Source: Antedon mediterranea
Taxonomy: Eukaryota > Animalia > Echinodermata
Direction: 5' to 3'
DNA length: 64,000 bases
Assembly: GCF_964355755.1 (NCBI RefSeq)
Contig: NC_092676.1
Coordinates: 3,201,888-3,265,887, forward strand
Positions 13,401 through 26,249 of this stretch are shown in pieces. The notes below the pieces were generated by a model. The model was not told the origin of the DNA, made no database searches, and saw nothing but the letters and a program-made list of their open reading frames with translations. The position numbers and the translations under genes are program-made. The stretch's first letter is position 1. Each line of letters opens with the position of its first letter.

Positions 13401-14073
13401 TGTGGTATTAAAATGGCATATTCAACAACAAAAATTAAAAACATTTTTTTTAAGGGAACAATTATACATCTTTAAGGAAATACCAAAAAAAAATGTGCAG
13501 TTCATGTTTTGTAGTGCGGTATCAAAATTAGTATTTTACTGGCAAGGTTTCAAAGTACATTTGAATTGACTCGAGGAAGAGGTCATACGAATGAGAGATG
13601 CTGGTGCATCAGACGGACTTTCTTGTTTTTGTTTAATAATGATGGCTAAGATAATGATTACGATGAAGATGATTATAATAATAATGTAAACGATTTAAAT
13701 AATTATGAGGTTAACTGAGATGCTAAAGAAAAGAAAGAAAAGAGAAGAAAGAAAAAAGGTGAAAATAAAAAAGGAGAACGAAAAGAGAGGTTGATGATGA
13801 TGGCATATTACGTAATGGCATTTGCATTTAGCGATAACATTATTTTTAAGATACAAATAAAAAACTTACCTTGGATAAAGAAAGATTGTAACGCGTTTCC
13901 AGCGTGGTAACACTACTAGATATGGATCCAACGAAGAACGCGTCAGCAAAACTAACGGCACACATACAGAAAACGAATGACCTGATGCTGTTTAGACACT
14001 TAGGCCATCGCTTTGGACACTGCTCTATCCAACCACAATAAACTCCACTAGAAGAATCGTTCTTGTCCGTCAT
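4478..14073 (-). CDS. SLCO: Organic anion transporting polypeptide (OATP/SLCO family), ~1050 aa, 10 coding exons
   Basis: Exons 13870-14073, 11027-11258, 10623-10787, 10147-10422, 9745-9909, 7669-7870, 7088-7220, 6561-6718, 6303-6367 and 4478-6030 are all GT-AG and phase-consistent (3153 nt). Motifs: OATP signature DEDWAGAWWIG, RPQWIGIG, Kazal-like [49 protein letters not shown]..GSC. Subfamily not assignable. Confidence 0.95.
9946..10074. mobile_element. MITE family A (PIF/Harbinger-like), TIR AGCTCTGTCTACACTATCAAACT
   Basis: Terminal inverted repeats flanked by TAA/TTA. About 12 related copies occur in the window. Confidence 0.8.
11780..11964. mobile_element. MITE family C (TIR ..TACACAGACGAGCGGTAA)
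   Basis: Inverted ends acacagacgagcggtaacggtaa / ttaccgttaccgctcgtctgtgt. An inverted homolog lies at ~48199-48390. Confidence 0.75.
13133..13471. mobile_element. Kolobok-like MITE, TTAA target
   Basis: TTAA|AGATGTATTGTCC ... GGGAACAATTATACATCT|TTAA. Homologs at 39088-39415 and 44726-44931, plus a partial copy ending ~12912. Confidence 0.75.
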
Positions 14074-16739
14074 TTCAAATGGTATGGCGTCAATTTGTTG
14101 TCAACCCTAAAAACTTGATAACCTATACTACTGTATATCAGACTTTTATCATCAACGTATAAAACTAAGAAGTTATGCAAATAAATTTACATACAAATGT
14201 CCCGTAACATACAGGTTTCATAGCTGGCTAGATCTAACGTGTACCAGTATGGGGCACTGACAGTGCACTGACGCTCTAACAATAGACATGAGAATTTACG
14301 ATGCAACGATACCTCAAGTTCGAACCAATGGATTCTATGGTCCAGTGAAGCGAAAGATTTACACTTTCAAAAAGGGCTAAGTTTGGTGAAGGACAAATCG
14401 CGTTGTATTTGAGTAGGTAATTGTATATTTTGGTGTTTAGTAGATTTACGAGCTTCAGTTCAGGGAACACATACGCCGGTTAAATACACTTTTGATATCA
14501 TAAAAATCTTTCATTTTACTTCTTGTCTGGTACAACGCCTTCTCATAGTTTTTCAAAATATGCCAATCATATTCATTGGTCCATTTAATAGAGGAAATTT
14601 AATATACAATCAACTCAACCTATACAAGTAAAATGAATGGAGTAACTAACTTAAAATATACGGTACCTTTCGACACATCGCGACTGTGGTTGTTGAACTG
14701 GGAATTCACTAGTATTATTGTGTGGTAAACATAAACGATAATATAATTGAAGAAAAACTACAAATATCACTTCCAACTAATACAATATAATACAATATAT
14801 AACAATAATTTACTAAAATAGAAATTTAAAATTAAAAAATGTATTCACTTTTCGTAAAGTTTGGTTCCACGCAATGCAAAATAAGTAATAAAGAGTTGAC
14901 CAATCACAAGCGAAAGAATGGATATAATAAAACAATATAATAATTCATCGCTTGCGATTGGTCACTTTCGGTGCGTGTAAGTCCTTTAGTTGCACCATAC
15001 GTTAAAAAAATTCGTTAGGAATCACAAACATGGAATATTAAGCATTGGTTTTGGCAAACACAGTGTTTCAGTGTTTCGTTCATTGAAGAATAGATAATAA
15101 AAAACAATGACAAACAAAATTGTTTCTTTTTGACATGACTCATCGTCCACCGTAATCTAGTTATCACTGCATCTTTTAATCATATACATAACTTCTATAA
15201 TTCTATCCATCCGTTTACCATTCTCATACAATTCACTTTATAAGAACACTCTTTTTGTGTATTAAACGTCAATTATTTTACACAAACAATACATAAAATA
15301 GCGATAGATTTACACAGTTGCGAGTTCTTTTGTTTTGGATAATACTCGAACTTGAACTTGGTATATTATCGGCGGCACGCGAACTTTATGAATCTGCAAA
15401 GCTTTTCATAGTAGAGGAACGCAAGATGGAAGAACTTCTCGGCGTTTATTGTGCTTATTTAACGAATTGTTTCCAAAATAGATTGAATCAGGACAGAACT
15501 TTACTTTTTCCTGATTCAATTGAAATGAATGAATTAAAATGAAATAACTTTATCCTAAAACTTGGTTGTCTTTATTTTCAACCAAAACAGTGTAATTTAA
15601 TCATTAATTTCAAGAAATCCATTATGAACACAAGTGAAACGTTGTGTGTATTATACGCCTCTGTTTTGAATTCTTAGTGGGAACAGAGCTTTAGTTTCAT
15701 TAACAAAACGGCGGCCGTCCATGGTACGCAACTGAATGTGGCTATCAAGTACTGTATATAGGAATCAAAATTATCTATAGTTATTATAACAAGTTGATTG
15801 TAATTGTTTGTAACTACTGTACTGTGGAGTATGTATTTCAAGCTAACGGTTAAATTTAGGAAGACTTTTGTAATAATTATACAAGCTATTTGAGAATAAT
15901 GTTTCTAGTTTTTCAAATATACTAGGCCTATTTGATCGTAACCTGTAATGTTGAGTATAGCTTATTCTCACAGGCGAAACTAGTCTGTTTGAAACTTCCA
16001 TTCAATAAACTAGGCTTAGTTTTTTGGTTGTAACCCGTAATTTGGTTGTAATTTCATAGTTTATGGTCACATAGGCGAGACATACTGAGTTTAAAGCTTC
16101 CATTCAATCATTTTGTTACTAAACTCTAAGCGACCTTCGAGTTGATCTACTTTCAGCTGATTCCTTAATAAAATGGATCATAATTAATAACGAACGTTAG
16201 ATACATTAGACAATAATGCTGCGTGTAAGTTCAGATAGCGTTCATCGGTTTTGAAGTTTTCGTTAGCGATACATATTACAATCCAGGATTTGACACTTGT
16301 ATTAGACGACTACAAAAGAAGTCGCTACCGGTTTTGTGTTTAACATTTTGTTATAATCTCTTGAAATAACGGATATAAATTGTTTCATGGTCTAATGTAT
16401 AACAATTGTCGTTAAAACTAGGATGGTTCAATATTACACATATCGAAATCACGTAAACACATTTTTATTATTTAAAACATAAATACTTGTCAAATTATTC
16501 TACTTTTTTTCTTTTAAAAATATTTTTCTCTTACTTGTAATTTTCTTCTCAACCGGACAAAATGAGAATAATACGAGGTTAGAATATTGTGTTAACGGAA
16601 CGAAATCATAATTTTGCATAATTCTTCTGCTAAGTTTCATTAATCAATATTGCCATTTGTTGTTGAGGATAGTTAATGCAGGGAAAAGTGTAATTTCACT
16701 CTTTGCCAGGTTAACGATAATGACAATCTATAGCAATGA

Positions 16740-17400
16740 GCATGTTGACATTGGACGGGATAGAACGATGACGTGATGATACACACATGATAATAGAGAT
16801 TGTTAACGACGGTGATGAATAGGGACTTTACGAAACAGGACGGTGAGAGGGGAGGTCGACGGATGTCCCGTGGCTGTTTCTTAAAGTCCCTAATATGTTG
16901 GCGGAGGCGACGACAATGATGAGATAATCATGACGTCAACAGAGATGGAAATGATGACGATGACGCCAATGGAAATGATAAGACGATGATGATGATGACG
17001 AAATGATGTAAGATATAAATGATACTTCGAAGATTATTACAACGTATGATAGAAATGTCAACGATGATATTATACATAATGACGACGACTATGATTATAT
17101 TTTATTTTAATTATTATTATTTGTTTCGCGGCAGTTGGCGGTAATATAACAGATCGTGACGACCGGAACGTGTCCTTCCACGTTATACGAGCATTCAGGT
17201 TACGTTAAATTACCGTTTTCTTCGGTTATCGTCCCGAAAAAAAAACAACCGGCTAATGACGACAACGAGACGATGATGAAAATAACAATTATGAAAACGG
17301 CGATTATGTAAATGATGAGCACAATGATGATAATAATACGATATAATATATCATGACTGAAATGATGAAGATGAATATGTCATTAGTATAAAGACAATGA
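16740..17400. repeat. Degenerate (GAT/GAC/AAT)n low-complexity tract
   Basis: Runs of gatgatgatgacg and gacgacgac interrupted by stops; no long ORF. Confidence 0.7.
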
Positions 17401-18773
17401 ATAATATGCACATCATTGAATGTTATATAGTGACTGGTGACCGATTTACAGATCAATGTAACTAATGTATTGATAAGAGTTTAAACAATTTTCTTCCAAG
17501 AATAACAGTTTGTACCTGACTGGCGTGTAAATCACAAGTCCCGGAGCGCCACCTTGATCACCCAACAAGGACCAAATCAGGGGGGTCAAATCACCAATGC
17601 TTTATTACCAGTAAAACTATATACAACTTAATTGGGACTAACTTACTATGCCCTGTTTACATAAACTAATATATTTTATATAGAATTAGGTTAATCATAA
17701 TTCGAAAGACCTACTAGTCTAGAAAGAAAAAAGTAATTTAGGAAATCTACCACCTCCTCTGCGATGGTTAACAAGGACGCGAGCGTATCACCATGACAAC
17801 TAAATACTAAATAATTGTATTATTAAGGGTGCAGTCTTGAAATGACGTTGGTGTTTATAGGGTAAACTTGAGTACCATAACAGATATGATACTAAAATAT
17901 CATAGTAAAATTTCAACTGTTGAGAGTCGTACGTCAAAACAATGTAAATAGCCCAAAAATGTCCATCAGATTTCAACAATCGACAAACTAGTCTTGAGCA
18001 GTTTGTGATTTAACTCCTCGTGAAACGAACCTGAAGTAGTGTGTTGCCTTAGTAGGCCTAGTACTGCAATTGTACATAACTGTAATGTAGTTATATTTTT
18101 AACACCCAATGAAGATTATTCTATTAATTAATATAATGATTGTTTTGTTTTATTTAGTGGAGTCGACGTTTCTAGCTCAACTAGTATACGTATGAAACGC
18201 CATATGTGCCAAACTATTGATCTTTTTTAACTAATATTAAGTCAAAACTCCGCCTGGAACCCAGACTAGTTACAATATAATCCAGTTCCGGTGAATACCG
18301 GGCATTGTTAGCACAGTACAATTTAAATAACACAAACAAATTAATCTACGTCAATCAAGTTTATTCTCTTAATTAAAAACAGTTTTCTATTTTAATTGAC
18401 AGTTATCAAGTATTCACTCGATCTTACTTTATTTTATTGCACTTTTATGTGATTTACTTCTAATAATTCGAAAACAAAATTGTGTGAACCCTTCACCTAC
18501 CGATTTCATTCGGTTTTTATAAACCTTTTCTAAATAAAATAGTCCTACTTTAACACTACATTATCAACGTTAAATCTAATAAATTTGTTTTTACCATCTA
18601 CAGACAAGACAATGAACAATCATAAACGTGTTTAGGCCTACATCAACATGTCATTATATACGACACAATTATGACAATATATTTATATTATATTTTATAT
18701 TTGATATGATCTTATTGCTGTATTTGACGTATTTCCACTCCATAAACGACATCTCTCCCCACTTCATGACGTA

Positions 18774-18897
18774 CCGTATTTATTCGAATAAACGCCCAGA
18801 GAGTACAAGGGCTAGACTTTATTCAAGGGAGGAGTTTATTCTTTTGGGTGCAACATGGCAACAAGTATACTCAATTAAATTATTCGAATAAATACGG
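18774..18897. mobile_element. Tc1/mariner-pogo-like MITE with TA duplication
   Basis: TA|CCGTATTTATTCGAATAA ... TTATTCGAATAAATACGG|TA. Confidence 0.8.
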
Positions 18898-18927
18898 TAA
18901 TTTCAACCTATACTCCCCGTGATTCTT

Positions 18928-19087
18928 AATGCGTAGTTCCCATTACAGACGCAACATAACGACGTAACGCAACGTAAATAATTTGCCCAATCACAAGCAA
19001 TGGATTATTCGAACTGTCGCTTGTCATTGGTCAACTCCCTTGCGTTGCGTCTACGTCCTTACGTTGCGTCCTAGTGGAAACCAAGCT
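18928..19087. mobile_element. MITE family B (TIR AGCTTGGTTCCCACTAG, internal CGCAA/CGTAA repeats)
   Basis: Ends gcgtagttcccatta.. and ..ctagtggaaaccaagct. Homologs at 23563-23769, ~34330-34460, ~39625-39762, 59730-60081, ~60170-60410 and ~14860-14990. Confidence 0.7.
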
Positions 19088-19656
19088 TAATATAGGAGAG
19101 TCACCGTATTAGGATGAATTTCTCTAATAATGAGTACCGTATCCCTTGTGACTTTATTAGTGTCCAAAAGCAAGGGTCTTAACACTGTAAGCCTACTAAT
19201 ACGGTTCCATCCATTAGGATTAAGGACAAAATGGTCCAATTGTTTGCGAATTATACCGATATCATCCCGTTTGAATACGATAAAGAAATTATTATATCAG
19301 TGTACCACCCTAGTGCATCACCTGTCTGTACGACATATACAATATTGCAAAGGCTTATACCGAGATAAATAATATATATATATGTCAATTATTTTGTATA
19401 CAATATTACACTTGAGTTGAATTGACATTAAAGCATGTTGCTGCTTGTATAATTAATTTGTCTTAATTGAAATAATTATTTATTGATATCTTACGTCCGC
19501 TTCTAAGCACGCACACATTAATATAGAAAACATCCTCGCGTCGTATAAGTTACATGAAATCTATACTAAGATCTAAAACCGGTGGTGGGGGCGCGTGCGT
19601 ATATCTTGACGTCATAGGCAGTGGAATATTAAATGCAATACAACAGGAATCTCTAA

Positions 19657-19819
19657 AGCTCTGTCTACACTATCAAACTAAATAAATGTGATGTGTCCAT
19701 ATGGACATGATGATGTCATATCAATACCATATTTGGGTATATCACTACCATATTTGGGTATATCACTACCATAATGGGCACGTCACACGTTTTTTGTTAC
19801 TAGTTTGATAGTGTAGACA
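19657..19819. mobile_element. MITE family A copy whose right TIR is split by the Academ-like insertion (remainder at 23458-23465)
   Basis: It starts agctctgtctacactatcaaact and ends gtttgatagtgtagaca. The missing gagct reappears after 23460. Confidence 0.85.
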
Positions 19820-22800
19820 TAGACCAGTCGTATTTGAGGTGTAGGTGTCACTTTTTGCAGAATTTACTTCATGTACTTTTTCTGGGGTAATTTTGGCTGT
19901 AGAATACGAATATGAATGTTGATCGCGACGGGAAGGGGGCGTTTTTGAGATATGAAGGGTCAAAGGTCAAATTAGGTCAAATAAGTCATTTTATGAAGAG
20001 GAAATCGTTTAGATATGTTAAATGCAACAGAAATGTGTTGTCTAGTTGATATAGTCCAAATAAACATCATATCCAAAATTTATCGAAATCGGACACCGGA
20101 AAGTGGGTTAATTGGCATAAATTCAAAATGGCCGCCATTTACCATTTGAAGTTCCCATATCTCCTCAACGGTTGGTTTTAGACCACCTAAGTGCATTACG
20201 AGTAAATATAAATGTGACATTAAACTTTCAAACTAGCATATTTAAATTACCATATGACGTAACTATGACGTCATAAGGTAGTTGTGACGTCATATATTAT
20301 GTTATAACTGCTTAAATGACATTATCCTATGCTAAAAAAAATGTAGAAACCGCAGGAAAACAATTTTCTAACATTTTCCTGTTGAAATGAACATGATACG
20401 GTCAGACATCAAAAAGGTTAATTAGTATAAATTCAGAATAGCCGCTATATAAATGTGGTATTAAACTTTCCAATTAATATTTAAATTACCATATAACGTA
20501 CCTATGACGTCATAAGTTAGTAAAGCATGATGTCAAAAGAATGCGCAATTGGCATATTCTAAGAAAAAATATGTTTTAAATCTCATGAAAATAGTAAAAC
20601 ATCCAGGTTAAGATCATCAACTGTGTATCCGCATGGGCTCTATCCATCCATATCTGGGAACACAGGTACTTTTTGTCGAGTCGGGGAATACTGTAAAAAT
20701 CGTTGGCGTTCACTTCGTAGCCTCAGCGCCTAGAAAACCGCGACGTTCCATTGACCGCGAGTACGTCGGAGGGCTATTATGCATTCATTATTGCCAGCTA
20801 TCCAACTATTAAACAATAGGTACGCACTTGTCTGGCGGTATCCCTTTGTACGAATCGTTCAACGTTGTGTCCAAACGCGTGATATCATATTCCATCCAGG
20901 GACCAAAATGTGTCGTAGTATTACTTTCCAGGCGAAGTTTACTGACGGTTACGTTATGTACTGTGTATCGACGTATGCTACAGCAAAAACGAATTATGTT
21001 AATCTGATACGTTTGTAATGAGTTTAATGTCGTTTAATTCCACCCTTACCTAAAAGCCATCCTAAATCTGGAGGGGCGAAGCAAATTTGGTTAAATGACA
21101 CCTCTAGATGGCCGGAAATGGTATACTCTCGCACATAACATTCATGATAAATAGCACCTCTAATTAGTCGGAAAAGACACTCTCATGCAGCATGCTACCA
21201 ATGAGCAAAACGATCGTATTCGTACCTTTGATCATTCACTTGCGTTCAAGTTCAATGTGAACGTACGTACGTCTAGGGGAATCCCCAAAAAAAGCACTTT
21301 GTGTGAGAAGGCAAATTCAATGCTTATTATAGCTCTACCTATATTTATTTACAGCAATTTGAAGAAATTAAATATTAATCAATCTTCTAATAGTAACCCA
21401 CACTCTAATAATAGTAACCCTCCTTTTAATAGTAATAGTGTAACCCAGTCAATAGTCAATCTATAATAATAACAACCCACTACTCTGATAGTAATAAGGA
21501 GATAATGGATGTTGATCTCGGGTGTGGGGAAGGATTGAGTGTTTTTGAGTTTATAAGTTAGTTAGATAGTTAGTTCTGTTCAAACAAATGTGTTTATCCG
21601 TACTGTTTTATTATTTTGCTATGAGCTGCTGACCGGAATAGTTGGGGTGGGTTACTATTTTCAAGTAATAGTAACCCACTACTCTAATAGTAATCCCCTT
21701 CTAGTAGTAACCCACCCTAAAAAACAATCAAAGAATAATATAATAACCCAGGGTTACAATTAGAAGATTTACGGTATACTTTATGCATGCTGACTGCCGT
21801 GATCTAAACAATATAGGTACGTACGCTATTGTCTGGCGGTGTCCTTTGTACGAATCGTTCGTGCCCCAGCTCACTTTATGAGTACGATACACGCATCAAT
21901 ATCATGTTACATCCAGGGATTTCAGGTGAAAATCGGCAATTCATTTGCAACTCGTAAATTTACAGACACGTATCGCTCGACATACGCTCATACAGTGAAG
22001 AAGGTATCGAGTTATTCACGAACGAATTTTTCAAATTAACCTTTTGTACTGTGTGGGGCACGTATTTGGAGGATTTTCAGAGATGAGGGTGAGGTATTGG
22101 GCATGTCGGGAATGGGGGTTCGCCCGAACCATAAAAACCCCTCTGGCTACGCGCCTGTACATATACATAGAAAATGCAATAGTTCATCATCAAAATACAG
22201 TATTACTATTATGGAATCAAACCACCAAACACGCAAATTCCACATTTATCAGTTGGTCTTTGACATTTTAAACCATAATTATTATATGATGCTGGCTGTT
22301 TATTTTGTAGAATACATTTGGTATGATATAGCCATGTTTATTGGAATTATGTTGGTTCAGGGACAGAGAAACATTGTTTTATGTGATTTTCTACAGCTAG
22401 TTCTTTAGGGCAACCTTATTTTCTTTTATTGTTTAAAACATGATCTCAGTCAGAGAGGAAATATGTTCATGCTAGATGCAGCTTTCGTAATAAATAATAC
22501 ATTCAATATCGTTGTAGTATTTTCACAATGTTTCCACCTGAACAATGATGTCACCTGTGAGAAATCGTTGGTTGATAGGGTTGCTGAATGTATTGTTATA
22601 ATCAGCTGAATATACGGGTAGTAGTACACAGCATTTATTAGATTTATGTATACAAAAATAAATGTTTTAGCTGTAAGACTACACACACGACACCATAATA
22701 CATCTACACCTACGCTATTATTATGCCAGCTAGTTACTACACCAGTACTAGGCCTAGTAGTATAGTAGTAGCCTACTCTAGAAGCCTGTCAGTAATAATA

Positions 22801-23457
22801 ATATAAGTTCTAGGCCCTTACACCACCTAAAAATCGGGGGGAAAAATTTAAAAACAGTAGTACACATGTTTATGTAAAGCTAGCGCTGCATGCAAAATAA
22901 GCTAGAGAAAGATGTTTCATGTATACGGTCACAATACGCTAGGCTAGTAAAAGCCTACCCACTATTCACTTGAGCGAACTTTATATGCGGTCATCGCGGT
23001 TTAAACGTCCTTTGTTTACATACGTCGTACGCTGGAAGCATTCATATTCGGGCCTAGACAATATCATTTTTGATCACTGAAAACGCGAAAATGAAAAGTT
23101 CTAACTAACTTTATACTACACAGTGTATTACTAAAACAATTTCAGCATATAAAACCGATCAGATTTATAAATTATTTTCACATTTACGTGAATAAAAATA
23201 ACAGCAACGAAGTCTTTTTTAATCCAATTTACTCATAATTATGTAGAAAGTGCGCCCTCTATTGTCTAAATTTGTTTTATTTTGATTAATTTCGGCTCTC
23301 AAAAATCAAGATTTTAAACGTTTATATCTTTAAAAAGCCCCCACGTTAGTCCGATCAACAACCAGATTCGTAATCTACGTCAAAAAATGCACTAGAAAAA
23401 GTTGGTTTGGAAAATTCTGCAGAAAAGTGACACCTGCCTCCAGATCCGACTGGTCTA
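19820..23457. mobile_element. 3.6-kb non-autonomous DNA transposon, TAG...CTA termini, 3-bp TSD (Academ-like)
   Basis: The left end TAGACCAGTCGTATTTGAGG..AGGTGTCACTTTTTGCAGAATTT matches the reverse complement of 23412-23457. ACA is duplicated at 19817-19819 and 23458-23460. No transposase ORF seen. Confidence 0.8.
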
Positions 23458-23562
23458 ACAGAGCTTTATACTGTATTAAACGTAAATAATAATGTACCAG
23501 GGCACCAAGATTGGAAGTTTAACAAAACGTGCCGAGCTGCACCCAGCATAAACATGTTCTAA

Positions 23563-23769
23563 AGCGTGGTTCTCACTAGCAACGTAACGTAACGCAAACG
23601 ACGCAACGTAAGAAAATTCCCTTCCAATAAATGTGTTTACCCCCGTCTCCGTGAAATCAAACCTGTGATGTTTGCAGCACTATTGCGTCTTCGATTCCCA
23701 CTTGTGATTACGCAATACAGCACTTTGCATCGATACGTCGTTGCGTTGCGTCCTAGTGTAAACCACGCT
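23563..23769. mobile_element. MITE family B (Harbinger-like, TAA TSD)
   Basis: TAA|AGCGTGGTTCTCACTAG ... CTAGTGTAAACCACGCT|TAA. Confidence 0.8.
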
Positions 23770-25678
23770 TAAGAACATATTCGTGACAAAAATACAATGA
23801 ATTTTACGGAAAAAAAAATTAATTGCGTCAAACCTTTAAAAAATTGTTTTACACCGGATTTGAACGAGTAAACTCTTGAACCAGGAAAACACATTAACAA
23901 TACTAATACGGCGATTAACAGTCTGTACAATTTGTTACAGCCCTATATTTTGTATCTTTTTGTCTCTCTACAAAATAGCCAGACTTGCATGGGAAATATG
24001 ACCCAGATGTTCGTAACGTCAGACATGTATTGTACAACTATTGTTCCATTACTGTTTTTACAACGCTGTCTTTCCTATTCGCAGCTAGAACTATTTTTAA
24101 AATATCATAATCGGTAATAAAATCATATTTGAACACGCTTTGTACTTTTACGATGGAAAGAATAACTATTAAATGTCTTTGAATTTGACACGCTTCTTAA
24201 TTTTTCGTAGTTGCTATAGTTGTTGTTAGACTGTAGTAGCAAATATTGGATTTATGTATGAATTAGTAAACGTATATTGTTGTGATGTGACTTTACTCTT
24301 TTATGGTACGAAATGACTTATTTGCATATCTTCCACCTGCGGGTTGGTTTAAATAGACAGGGGAGGGAGGGGGGGGGGGGGGTTTCCGGACGGGAGGTTG
24401 TGCACAATGGATGAATAAAGTGAACGGTACTGAGTAAAATGTGTTGCGTATAATGTTCAAGTAGGCAACTCCCTGGTCTAAGCATAACAATATTTGTAGT
24501 TCATTAACGAAACGCTGTTACATGTTGATAACACGGCATATTAAGGCCTATGTAAAATTAGATACGGGGCCTAGTTTTCTTTTTCGGCGGACGAGGTTAC
24601 AAACAGTTGAAAGGGTAATTATTAAAAATTGCTCTCTCATTTACCAATTCCGAAAAAAAAATAGACCATTTTTGTACCAAAAACAAATGTCGAACGCATA
24701 AAAAGGTCAAAACTGTACCGATAAAAACAGAAAAATAAAGTAAAGATCATAATAGTCCTGCGTGTCACTTTCATTTGTTAGTAAATACAATTAATTAAAT
24801 GAAATTCTTTCTGCTTGATGTTGAGATTACTTCGAACAAACAAGGTATCATAACGGGTTAGTTAAGGTAGTATACGTATAGTACATGATGGAACCACCAC
24901 AAAGCGATTCGTTACCATGGTGTAAAGGAGGATTACACCATTTTTTTTGGCACTTGTAACACAATAAATGTCAGTGGATATTTATATCTCCTCGGATCCG
25001 CCTACAATTATCTGTCGTCGTCGAACAAAAAATATAGGCCTATCATAAAATAAAACAAAACGTGTTTTTAAGACCACCGAAAAAATTCAACCCGATGACG
25101 TACAACATAAATTCCATAATATTAAATGGTTGAATGTATTAATATTTAAATATTTTGCGAATGTGTACATCTGCGTCGGATACTAAACCTAAAAGTACAA
25201 TAAGTTTACCATGCGTTCGCAACAGATTCGATTGCGTTTCCACAATCTGAAAGCGTTAGCGGTTGACGCGTGCGATCATTTTCGACGGACGATTTGATTC
25301 GTCGTCTGTTAATCCACTGTAACAAAAAAGGTCTGCTTTAATTTTGTTCAAGCATATGTTTTTGCATAGCCTAGTGGGTGCGTGGGCATTTAAATTTCTT
25401 CTATATCTACAATAACCTTTCGTTAATAGTATAGTTATGTTAGCACAAATACAGCACACACCAAAACCTAACCTTATACAATAATAATTGCTGACTGTAC
25501 TGTATGTGTAAATTACCCAGTATTATTGGCAAATTCTGTAATACAGTATCACATGTGTCGTCTGTATCATAGCTTTGTCTAAACTTAACATAATATAGGC
25601 GTCACATGTGATACCTTTTTTGTGTTTTGTGTAAAATTATTGTACTACCAAAGCCATTCTACTGTACGTAACCTTTTA

Positions 25679-25840
25679 AGCTCTGTCTACACTATCAAAT
25701 TTTATGTGACAAAGAATGTAATATTATGGACATAATGATGTCATATCACTACCATATTTGGGCATATCAACACCATATTTAGGCATATCACTACCATATT
25801 TGGGCATATCACTACCATATTTGGGCACATCACACTTTTA
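25679..25840. mobile_element. MITE family A, 3'-truncated, four 21-bp internal repeats
   Basis: Left TIR followed by (catatcactaccatatttggg) x4. Confidence 0.75.
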
Positions 25841-26249
25841 CTGCAGTATCTAGATTAGGAAGACTGAATTGACTGTTCAATGTTTAGCTACCAGTAATCT
25901 TACTTATAATAACAACTTCATTTATCATATTATTACTAAGATCAATTTTAATATTTATCTATAAAAAAATTATATCAAGGAGATTTATGTTCTCTATTGT
26001 AAAATATTTGAACAATCTTAAATAATTTATTTTAAAAAAAAGGGAATTTTAAAACACAATATTTGTGCACCATTCCTAAGAAATTTACATAAAAAAGCAC
26101 CAGAGAGAATTAAGTACTATTGGATAAAAAATAAAATTATAATTTGTTAAAATTATATAAAAAAAAATTTAAAATAGAATAACTAAATTTGACAATAATA
26201 TTAATATATAGAATATAGTGGAAAAATATTATGCCTATAGGTGTATTAA

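Noticed and set aside
16740-17400. Asp-rich (biomineral-type) coding exon
   Set aside because: GAT/GAC runs shift frame and contain stops, and no splice-bounded ORF was found.
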